From Bigelowiella natans CCMP2755 (lineage: Eukaryota; Protista; Cercozoa), in the NCBI GenBank assembly GCA_000320545.1, contig ADNK01003292.1:1781-65780 (forward strand): a stretch of 64,000 bases of DNA, read 5' to 3'. Positions 12,655 to 24,300 of the stretch are shown here, one piece after another (positions within the stretch are counted from its first letter, which is position 1; every line of letters begins with the position of its first letter). The translations under genes were made by a program, and so were the position numbers. Under the pieces are notes generated by a model. The model saw only the letters and a list, made by a program, of their open reading frames with translations, was not told the DNA's origin and did not search any database.

Positions 12655-14244
12655 TTCAAATAATTGTGTTTACACTACTTCTTAACGCCGAATCGTATTT
12701 CTACTCATGCGTGTGTGGGGGTGCGGGAGGGCGTGTACTGTTCGGTACTGAAACGATAGTAGTTTAGTCGTGATTCAATGCGATTTCTTTTTGCGGAGTA
12801 GCAGCAGCAGATCAACGAAATACACCGTAGACTTCGTCGTTCGATACATCTAATCGACTCTCTCTCCTGCACCAGATTTTCCCAATTTTGCTGTCTGCAT
12901 CTCAACCCTCCCCCCCCCCCCCATCCCCTCCCTCACGTAGGAAGAGGCCCTGTGACGGTAACGCCAGAACAGATATGGACTCAAGCTACCAGCCCTTCGT
13001 CTAAGTGTTCCAACAAACATCAGGTGTGTGTTTTGTTAGCCTGGAGATATGATGAGACTACTGGTAGTGATACCGACAACGACGATGATGATGATGATGA
13101 GGATTCTGGTGGTGGTGGTGGTGGTGGTGATAATGCAATCATTACCACCTTCTTCACCATCGTCATCATCATCATCATCATAATCTTAATATTGCGTGAC
13201 AAAAAAGGAAACCGATTGCAAGCGACAGGCATGGGTCGCGTGCTACGTGCAGAAAACGATCCAGCAGTCAATTTTAGCCTACAAAGCCAAATTTTGCAAG
13301 CCTGGCTATTCCGTTGAGCTCGATGGCAGCCTCCTGCACCCCGCTGTGATGCATGTCAAGGTGTTATTACATTCATCATATGGAGAGGGGAAGAGTACCT
13401 TGGGCGGTGGGTTGTTTGCGAAGAAGCAGAACGTGTGCGATCCGAAAAGAAATCTCTTTCCCGCGTTTTTCTCTATCTTCTGTCGCCTTTGTGAGGGGGG
13501 GGGAGAGGGGGAGGTTAAGCACACGATTCGTTCTCAGTAGAAATCACTTGGAACAGTACTTGCAAGCAAATAAACCCTTATTTTTCCTTCTTTCTGTCAT
13601 CATCGACAACAACTCAACAACAACTACAACTACCACTACTACTGCTGCTGCTGCTGCTGCTGCTACTCACAACAATAAGGTCGACCCATACGGCGCTCCT
13701 CTGTCCGGAACGAAGCAAACACGGGAGGGGCTGAAGGATAAATACGCCGGGGAAGACGGCTCCAAGGAATACCATAAAAAGCTGCAACGTGAAAGGGCTT
13801 TTGCTGTTGCTAGCGGTGGTGTATCTGCCAGCAGTAGTTCCGATAATAGTCCCGTCGCTGCTGCAGCTGCTAGTAGTAGTAGCAGTAGTAGTAGCAGTAG
13901 TAGTAGTGGCTTGTTCTCCAAGATTATCGGGGATGACAAGGTGAGGTGGAAGTGGGTGGGGTGAGGAGTGATAGGGTACACAAGCAAGTTCCATCAACCC
14001 ACTTTTGTCATGTCGTTAGACCAATCTATCAACAATAGGCCGGACATGTTTCTCGTCATCTGCATCAGCACGCTTCTTCATTCTCCCCTCCCTCACTCTT
14101 TTTCATCAGTTTGCATTCCAAGATGAGGACGACGACGGCGACAACACGATGGCTTATGCTGTAGTACTGCTCCCGGCTTTGTGCGGAATTTGTCTTTTAG
14201 TGTACAAGGCTTTCCATGGAACAAAAGAAGGTAAAACGGCATAG
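9282..14244 (+). CDS. Peptidyl-serine alpha-galactosyltransferase (SGT1/GT96)- or HPAT (GT95)-like glycosyltransferase, multi-exon, signal peptide and C-terminal TM
   Basis: Exons encode IHIVFSTDCSGYQNWQ (~9465-9513), GQQGHITRIVSNC, YFPYYNKPLGVDHW...VVVLLDPDMVF (10097-10210), GPPYLLHREDAK, MLSEMFA/YCLGAAHHELPH and WKFHKK. Last exon ...AYAVVLLPALCGICLLVYKAFHGTKEGKTA* ends at 14244. Start inferred from a 5-nt first coding exon (ATGAG|gt). Confidence 0.75.
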
Positions 14245-14864
14245 AGTTTTACACGTCAATCTAGCGCCGTTCCCTCGCTAAACCATATAAACTTCAGCAA
14301 TTCCTGCTGCCATTCATACTTGCAACTTGCTTTGACTTTGAAGAGCACCGGAATTTTCCCTCTCTAGCTCTGTGCGCCAACATTTTGCGCAGATTTCAAA
14401 TTCTCAATAAAAATATGTTGTCAAGCAGTAAAGGTTCAGGCCATGCAGGGAGCAGAATGAGAGTATCGCAGCACGATCATCAAATGCGCTGGCGCTACTC
14501 AATGTATATCGGCGGAAATTTTCGCACGCGCGGGGACTCATCATCATTACTAGATTGTTTCCCAGCGCAATATCATGCATCGACATGCGCGTTGTCTGCG
14601 GCCGTGCCTAGGTGCCTATGTGCGTTAATATGCACGCATGCATGTATGTTCATGCGGCCCGGCTGTAGTATCGCATACTGGCAAACGAGTGCGATGCATT
14701 TGCTTTGAGATGCATTGAGCTTACATTTTGTTACACATGATGTGCATGTTTGTCAGTAGCTAGTAGTATGCACCGTGTAGGCTATTTACATACCACACAC
14801 AGATACGGGGCAAGATAAGTGTATTAATAGTTCAACTTTTTGCACTGCTGCGATAGAGCGAGGA

Positions 14865-15278
14865 CTAATGGAAATAATTAACCCAATCTGGGTAGCAGTA
14901 GGCCTCCCACACGTCATCACTCCCCACATCGAGAAGGGACAAAAGAGTCCGTGACTTCAGCCCTTCCTCCCCGTACGTTTGTCTATCTTCTACTCTATCA
15001 CAGAAGTTTTCTGAGGGAATCCAGAGATTATCTGGCTTTGAATCATCGTGGTGAAGCTGGAGCTCGTCCATCAATAATGCCCTGAGCATCGCTTTCTTAT
15101 CCAACAACTTGGCTCCCACTTCGCCTTTAGAGTCTTCTTTTGTCTCACTTCTAGAGTTCATATAGACGATGAGCCTGGCCTGAATCTTATTCTTGTTGTT
15201 CTTCTGGTTCGCTAAGATTAGCCGCAGATTTTTACGATCTAGAAAGAAGCCATTGTTAGTCGAAACCCCATAAGCATT

Positions 15279-15376
<98 letters not shown>

Positions 15377-15903
15377 TACACACACACACACACACCTTGA
15401 CGCTGCTCTGGATCTAGAGTGAGATAACCACTCATGTCAATGACGTATACTATGTAATTGAACGACACAGAGTCTGTGAAAACTGTCCACATGTTGCTTT
15501 GAATCTCCGATCCTCCAGGATCTACGAACTCGTAAGTCTTGAAGGGGCTAAAAGAGATGACCTCATAGTTGTAGCCTGCAGTATGTGAAAGGAGGTGAAT
15601 GCTAGCTTCTATCTTTTATTTAGTAGTTTAGCGAGGCAACCTCGAGTGGGGAGTTTTTTCGAACTAAAGGGTAGATTCGAGTGCATATTGTATAGTAACG
15701 ATGTCTTCCCACAACCTGAATAAGAAAAGAGGTTCATGTAATTCTGACAGTCGCTGACAAACAACATAAAAGGCAATCATACCCTTCTTGCCAAGTAGAA
15801 TTACGCGCTTTTCAGGTTTAACCCAGCAGAAACTGCAACAGAAACGTCTAGCTATGACAGCGAAACATCCGCCACATTTTGGAAAAGATCGGCAGCACCC
15901 CAT
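14865..15903 (-). CDS. Divergent ARF/ARL-family small GTPase, multi-exon
   Basis: N-terminal MGCC, then KRVILLG..SGCGKTSLL (P-loop split by an intron), PTRGYNYE (G2), FVDPGGSE (G3-like) and IVYVID; stop at 14865. Confidence 0.8.
15279..15395. repeat. Compound self-complementary microsatellite (TG)n-(TA)n-(CA)n filling most of an intron
   Basis: TG arm 15279-15310, TA core 15311-15368, CA arm 15369-15395. Confidence 0.9.
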
Positions 15904-16961
15904 GATCAACGTTTCTTCAACAGAAGCTGTCCTAGTCAGAAGAAGAAAGTAACATATCCAATATCAGTCATAATCTATCTTGGAGTTATCAATGACGGCA
16001 GCAACGCTTCAGTTCGACCACATTTATCATATCATCACGATCCAATTCTTAGTGAGGTAATATGAACTCATAGCATGTGTCTACCTATGCTCTAGAGTCA
16101 CGCCTTTTCCCTATCCAAATCGTCTGCGGTTGCCTCAGCTCAGCTAGGTCGCTCTTGGGGACAATTCAAGATCCTCTGGGCAAAAGAAAACGACAAGGTT
16201 TCCTCCTTGCCGAGAAATAAAAATCACCTATATTTTGTATCAGTTTCCTTGATCAGTTGTTCGCCACTGTTTGCGTATTCTTGCACATAGCACATCGTTT
16301 CAACAGAAATTCCCTCTATTTCCTCGCTCATTCGGTATAAGTTTCAGTTGCAGCAGTTGCATGAGACGTAATGTAAAATTATCATGCCTTTTTGAATATT
16401 AAGGAAGATATCCGGGATATCTGCTTAACATAATAGAAATTTTGACCCGTTGCTTTTAGGAACAATGCATAAAATATAAACGACATTGATTTTGGGATGT
16501 CGTCATAATATTTCACATTTCTTTTTGAAGTGAGGACAGATTCTTCGTCATCCTTGACACTTAAAAAAATTAGGTTCGTTTTTGGTAACAGATGTCGAAA
16601 CGGGGTTGAGACGAAGGATGCCGTTGCAATTTTGTATACGTCAAGCATGATAATATGTCGCACTATAATTTTATACGATATTTTTACCATAATCGGTGGG
16701 TTTGCCCCTCATCCAAAACCTCACAAGAAAACTACTAGCAAGAAGAGGTGGTGTGTGGAATGGAGCATTTGTGCGTGTTATGTACCCCCTGCTGTCAACA
16801 GTTAAACTTGAAGACCTTTGTTGCAACGTATCATTTATAATCTGTATCTGTTATTTTTTGTTTTTTGTTTCATCTTCATAGCCTTTAGGGGACGGAAGCT
16901 TACAAACCAGTACTTTGTCCCGAAGTGCTTATGCTCCTGTGAGTAAGGCGAGACTAGAAAA

Positions 16962-18275
16962 ATGTCATTTCGCGGCTCCAGGAAGTCCCAAGCTATCCGG
17001 GAGCAGAACACGAAGAGGAGGGCGGCGGGATCCTCATCGAATTCAAAGCGCACTGTTAAGATGAAAAACAGTTCAATGTCGAGGAAAGCAGCAACGGGTG
17101 TGTCCTCTATCTGACCGATAGCTTATGTTAAATATAGTTACCAAAACCTGGCGATAATATTTTTCCTTACAATTTTGGTTTAATAGGCTCTGATCCTCGT
17201 ATAATTGAGTTCATAGATCAGTCCAATGGTCGTCAGTTCGACTCAAAGGTGTCTCATTCAGTGTTATGTGCCAAAGATTGTTGTATGTCTAATATGGATT
17301 CCCATCATCATCATCATCATCATCATCTTCTTCTTCTTCTTCATAGGTTCCAATTAGACAGCCTCTGTTCGAAGCCACCCCTGCGGAAATCAATATTCAG
17401 GAATACGACCCTTTTGGAGTTTATAAAATCAAAATCCATTTGAGGAATAGGGATAAGGTACCTAGGGAACTGTTTAAAATATAGGGTTTCCTTTTTATCC
17501 CACTGCATTCAATCGTTGTAACAATGGATCCCTTTCAAGGTTGCTCGTCGCGTCCAAATAGCGGACCCGAACTCCCATTATTTTTCTCTTTCAACGAAGC
17601 GAAACGTCAAGAATAAGGTCAAAATGATGAATTCATGTAATTATTACCTGAGCCATGGAAGCAAACTTAACATCGTTACAAAATTTAGATTGCACCGATG
17701 ATGGAGATTCTATACACATTAACCTTCAAGCCACGCAAGAAGAAGGTCATATTGGGCATTTGTTGATGTAGACACAAACAGGCGCACGCACGCTCAAGCA
17801 CAAACATACACATATTATATTAATGGTAAAAAATGTAAATCAGGACTATGAGGTGGATTTAATTGTAATGACTGAACGTGAGAAATTCGTGATTCCGGTG
17901 CGAGCGACGGGGGACAGGGCTTTCCTCACTGTCCCAGAAGAGGTACATGCAATGTACAAGATAACCCTTCGCCATACTAATGAATGTTTTCGCTTGCCTT
18001 GGTGGCTTCTCAGATAAACTTCTTCGACTGTCCTGTGTATCATAAATCGGAGCGCACATTCCTTCTCAATAACACTGGGCCAAAGGTTGTGAGTATACTA
18101 CATTCTACGTCTAATCGATACTGATAAACTTTTATGTGCTCTTTTTCAGGATACAGCATATCGCATTGATACCACACCTCCTTTCTCGGTATCCCCATCT
18201 TCGGGCAATTTGTCTAAAGGCGAGGGAGTGAGCGTGTCTGTCAGCTTTAATCCGCCCTTAGATCACAAGTAAAAA

Positions 18276-18316
<41 letters not shown>

Positions 18317-21300
18317 TATATATACAACAAATAATATTATGACGTTAAAATATACGTGCATAAGATACACATACATTACACACTGGTCCTCCTCCTAACA
18401 TCGTGCTTCTTCTTCTTCTTCTTCTTCTTCTTCTTCTTCTTCTTCTTCTTCTTCTTCTTCTCTTTCTTCTTTTTCGTATTGTAATCGTGTCACCTGAACA
18501 AGGTTCACTGGCCAGTTAGTTGTCAACATAGGAGACAACCAACGCTTGTACTCGCGGGTAATTGGTACGGGTCGATGCTTGGATATCGGTATATCAGCAC
18601 AAAGCCTCACTGCGCCCACCACGTATATATACCTCAAGTCTCATACGACACTCGAGATCCGCAACAATGGTGACATGCCGGTGGAATTTGAGTGGAAGAA
18701 TATACTAAGCCGTTCTGCTGAGTACGAAAAACGGAGGCAGATAGAGCAGGATTTACAGAAAAGAGAGGAGGAAGAGCTAGAGATTCTTGACGCGAATGTT
18801 GGAAACGATGATGGTAGTGACGTCTCCTCTGACGAGGAAACTGATCATGAGTACAAGTGGTTGGTTGCTCGCCAAGAATTGACACGCAAGTATAAGAGTC
18901 TGAGAGAGGAGTCTCTAAAAAATTTCCAATTTGAACACAAAAACTTCACGGTGGATCCCATTAAAGGTGAGGTGTTCCCCGGTGGCGTCCGCGAGGTTAC
19001 CTTCACATTCATACCCGACAATGCTGTAAGCTTCAAGGCGCAGGCTGTGCTACAAGTCGACGGAATGTTGGAGCGCGTTCCAGTCACGTTAAAAGGGGCA
19101 GGACTCGGACCGAAGGCAAAGTTTCTCTTTGATAGCTTAGACGTGGGGAAAGTGTACATCAACGCAGTTCACAATTACAGCATCGAGCTAGAGAACATTG
19201 GTCAGATCGACGTAGACTATCATTTTGAGACCATGGAGGGATCGAGATTTAGCTGTAATCCCACTCAGGGCAAGCTTGGTCGTATCCCCGACAACACCGC
19301 AAGTATCCTATTCACTTTCTCCGCGGACAAGAAAGGCAAGTTCGAAGAAACTGTCAAGTGCTGGTTAAAGGGCAATCAGGAACCCTTAACGATCACGCTA
19401 AAAGGCGTGGTGATAGGGCCTACGTTCTTCTTCGAACAGAAAATGCTGGACTGGGGAAATGTCAGCTACGGATTTCTCAGGACGAAAGAGGTCTCAATAG
19501 TGAACTCCAGTGAAATCCCAATGCGATTCAGTCTCAGGGTACCTGAAGATGAGAAGTACATGCAGAGAGAGTTTAAGATGGTGCCTCCCACTGGCCAGAT
19601 TCTACCCAATGATACGGGCAAGGTCCGTGTCGACTTCGTGCCGCAGACGAAGAAGAAGTACAACGGTTACAACCTATCAATCGATGTAGACGGTGTGGGG
19701 AAAAACCTCAAGTCCATCCCTATGTTTGCGAATTGCAAAGTCCCAGAATTCGTGCCGGGGGTCAAGGAGATAGACTTCGGCGAGATCTTTCGTGACTATC
19801 CATACACTCAACCCTTGCCGCTTCTAAACTCAAACGAATTGCCAGGTCGCTTTGAAGTAAAGGGTCAGCAAGAAATCACAGAAAAGCTGGCAAAGGTGAA
19901 GTTCAATGTGAATGCCGGCTCCGTTCCCGCTGACTCCGAGTTGGAGCTCAAATGCACTATCCTTGGTCGCACCCTCGGCGCGCATGAAATCCCAATCTCC
20001 ATGCGGATTCCGGGATCCTCCAAGATGCCTACCGTGATGATCAGGGCGGTAGTCATTGGACCGAAGGTTAGTTAGTACAGTAGTGATAGGAGATATCAAC
20101 TTGGGATATGCTGAGGGGGAGGACAAAGCAATGTGTGCCAGTATTCATTTTTACAGAGAAGGGAGAGGAGGGGGGGGGTTGAGAACGAGAACAAGTGGCG
20201 ACTGATACATTTCTTGTTTACATTTCATCTTATATATCTTCAGGTATCTCTAGATAAAACCAGGGTGACTTGGAAGAAAATCGAAGTCTTAAAACCCAAC
20301 ACACAGACAATAACTCTGAAAAACTTGTCTTTGATTCCCGCAAACTACAAGGCATTCGTGCGCAAGAAGAAATCTTGCTTCAGGATCAATGTCTCCCAAG
20401 GCAAAATTGAACCGAACGGAAGTCTCGAAGTTCAGGTGACGGCCATCCTAGACGACTTCAATGTGACGATAAAGGATCGGCTGATGATTGTCATCGAGGA
20501 CGGCAAGATCATCGACATCCCCTTGGTAGCCACGGGTGTCGGGTCTACAATCCAATGCAAGGAAAACATCGAAACGGTTGATATGGGCCACGTGTTTACT
20601 GTTGACAAGGCCCGCCAAAGGTTCGAGTTTCAAAACCGCGGGCGAAGACAGCATCAGCTCATGTGGCATTACGTAGACCCGCATGCGGAGGAAAAGAAGA
20701 AGGAAAAGGACAAAGGAAACAATAACTCCAATGCTGAAGAGGAAGTGATTCACACCACGTTTAACATAAAGCCTGAGAAGGTTATTCTAAAGCCAAACAT
20801 GGCGATCCAGTTTCAAGTTGACGGCAAATGTGGCAAGCCCGGCGTTAAGGCCGAGCAATGGAAATGTATGGCTTTGGTGCAGGGAAGCAACAAGCCCATA
20901 GAAATCTACAACTCGACATTTACAGCCAACTTTGTCGTGCCCCTCCTCGAGTTCTCGGAGCCTGAATTGTCTTTCATACAACGATGCGAGCCGGGAGTCG
21001 AAACTGCACCTGGCAAGAAGCTTCTCTCTGTTAAGAACGTGTCGCCATTGCCGCTGGTGTTTTGGATGAAATGCCCGCCTCCTTTCAGCATCGACAGGCT
21101 CGAATATGAGCTCGGGCCTGGTGAAAGTGCGACATCGGAAATTTTATTCACTGCGAATCTAAGCGATGAGCGGCAGTCACTGAAGGTCAAAACCAACCTC
21201 ACCATTACCTATCGCGACCATACGCAAAAGGACAAGCTGCCTCTCCGTGGTGAAGTATGTTTCCCGAACCTCATATTTTCGGCACAACGCATTGACTTTG

Positions 21301-24300
21301 GTTGCGTTCTAAACGAAACGTCGAAGAAGATGCGCCTCCTGGTGACTAACGTGAGCAAGGTGGTGGCGTATTACAACTGGAGTTTCATGGCACCAGACGA
21401 TCTTGCTTTCCAAGTGATCCAGGAGGATGCCAACGTAGAGGCAGAAGCCAAAAGCTCAGAGGGCCTGATTGCTTCCCATTCAGCTAATGAGATCTTCGAC
21501 ATCGTTCCTATCCGCGGTAGACTTGACCCAGGGGAAAAGGAATGGATAGATTTCATCTTCTACGGCCATATGAACGCTTTGCATGAGGCAGTCGCAGTTT
21601 GCGAGGTATTAGGAGGCCCCGAGTACCAAATCTCGCTCAAAGGAGAAGCATCAGCGATGCTGTATACTCTAGAAAAGACAAGCCTGGACTTTGGGGAGCA
21701 CGAGATGGAGTATAAGAAGGCGTATGATATTTACATTCAAAACGTCGGCAAAGTTGACTTCCCATTCAGCATCGATACCTCAACCCTCAAATTCCCTGCT
21801 TTCGCTGTGACACCGAGCAGAGGCACGCTGAAGGTTGGCCGCAAGAAGAGGCTGAATGTCCGATATCGTGGGGGAATTCCTGCTCAGTTGGAAGAGGTCT
21901 TTCGGCTTCGAGTTGCTTACTTTAACCCCATAGAGATCAGCCTCACCGCCAAGGGTGTGTTCCCTCAAATTGTAACCGATTTGTCGCGTGATCCAGAGGA
22001 CCAAAGCTACAAGCCGCGATTGGAATATGCTACCGACACTATTCTGTTAAACATGTTCAACTCGTCCCCAGATATGTTGCTTGGCCAAACGCCATTGACA
22101 GGAGTGACTAGGGCCTCCACTGCATCGAAAACTACCCGAAGAGCGATCATTCCAGTGAATCTGAGCCTTGAGCATATGCTTGTCAGGGAAGCTGATAGAT
22201 TAGCTTATTTCGACTATTCTACGAAAGATTTCTCCTCGGCGAACAAAGGAAAGAGGGGTGGTGGCAAAAAGCTCAACCCGGGAGCATTCACGGTTTCAAA
22301 TTACCTAGTGGACTTCGGACACATCATCCTTGGCTCCAAGAAGACGGTCTCGTTCAACGTCACGAACGTGGGGACGATGCCTGCCCTTGTCGAGTATCAA
22401 AAGCGAGACATCGCCAATACGATGTTTCACGTGCAAGGATCATCTCCTGCAGGTGTGCCTCCGGAGCATTCCTACAAGCTCAAGGTCATTTGCTCGCCCA
22501 CACCTGGTGTCGACGAGGAAGGGGTAAGCATAGTGCATATGAAGCTAAAGGTGAAAAATGCTCCGGCCGTGAACATCCGTTTACGCGCCCTGGTGGAAGT
22601 CCCAGTTGTAGAGGTGTCGACTCAGATGATTGACTTTGGTGAAGTCTACGCGGGAATGCGAAAGCACCAATTTCTCGTGCTGCGAAACAACAATCCCGTG
22701 CAAGCCAAGTGGGAGCTTCGAGTTGGTCGGTACAAGAACATCTTCAGCGTCACTCCGAACAAAGGCACGATTGCACCTAAGAGTAGCCTAACGGTCACGA
22801 TATCTTTCTCCCCGAGAAGGAATGAGAATTACAAAACCAACGTCACTCTCGGTGTTAAGATGAACGACGAAACGACCACGATTATGTGCAAAGGAAGAGG
22901 TCTGGTAAAGGGCATAAGGATCGAGCCAGACATGTTGAGTATGGGGCCGATGCTGCCATACAAGAGAAGCGAACCAAAGCTCGTCAAAGTGTACAACGAT
23001 TCGGCCACTCCTATCGAAATCATGTCACTCGACTTCGATGAGAAGCTGAAGGATGAAGACGAGGTTCTGAGCGGTATTGTAGGATATACAAATAATCGCC
23101 TATATCTTGAGCCGAGAAAGATTGGCCAGTCACTGCCAGACAAACTCCTTCGGCAGTATAAGATCCAGAAACATGTAAATAAGCTTGAGGAGGAGGCACG
23201 GCGTGAGAAACAGAAAGCGGAGATTCTCGAGAGTGCATACGAGGCTCTTATGGCGTCCCCAGAGGATGCCAAAACCGCCCTAGAGCAAAAATCAGGCGAG
23301 GATGTGGATGCAGCTGGCCTGCATAGCTTACTTACTTCCAAATCGGTGTACATAACCAAAAAACAGGCAAAGGCATTGGTACAAAATCATCCCAGTGAAA
23401 ACGGGCCAGAGTTTTTGAATCTTAATGCTCTGGTGGAAGCCATCGCGGAAAGACTCAATACGTTAATTGGTGCTGGAGAAGAGGAAGGAGAAGACATTAA
23501 GGAAGACCAGAAGGCAGAAGAAGAGAAAGGTGATGGAGTGGTCGGGGAGCTTCAGATGGAGGAAGATGCGAATCAGGCAGAAGACCGCGAAGAAAAGATA
23601 GACACTTCAACGATGGATAGCCGCAACATCCTTATTGTGGGAGGGCCGAAGGCAGGTAAAACCACCCTTTCCCAGGGGATAGCATCTAGTCTCAACTTGG
23701 AGGATAAGCTCATCACACTCGACAAAGCCGTGGAATTCTTCCTCAACTTGCCTGATGAGCAGGTTGCCGAGGATGCCGATCCGAAAATCATCGAAAGACA
23801 GGAAATTAAGAAGAAAATCCTGCTTCAGATGGAGGGGAAGGACACGGCACGTTCCAAGGCAGAAGGAGAAGAGGCAAAAAGCGACGAGGTAGAAGAAAAG
23901 GATGGCGCGGAAGACAATGAGGAAGAAACAGCAGCAGAGCAAAAAGAGGAGAGTGAAGATAAGACAAACCCAAGTGCTGAAGAAAAGGAAGGTGATTCCC
24001 AACAACAGGAAGGCGAAAAGGAGAATGCGAGCGATTCTACATCTCCTGCTGAAGAAGAAAAAGATGTCGACCATGGCATCCTCGATGACAAACTAATCAA
24101 CCACGAAGTGTTGGCTAAGGCGCTTTCGATTTATCTTTCTCTCTCTGTCAATGACCTGAGACACGACGATGTAGGGGCGCAGGGAGACGAAGCAGCTTCC
24201 CAGTATTTCTTCGAGGAAGGTGTTATAATCGATGGGCTTGACTGCAAGTTTGTAGAGGGAGACACCGATGCAGCCAAAGCCGTTTTCGCCGCTTTCGACA

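Noticed and set aside
16361-16380. Additional copy of the GAGACG repeat (ATGAGACGTAATGTAA)
   Set aside because: The match is too short and lacks the downstream GGTCATCC block.
23623-23670. P-loop inside Hydin as a novel fusion
   Set aside because: An adenylate-kinase-like region is a known part of Hydin.
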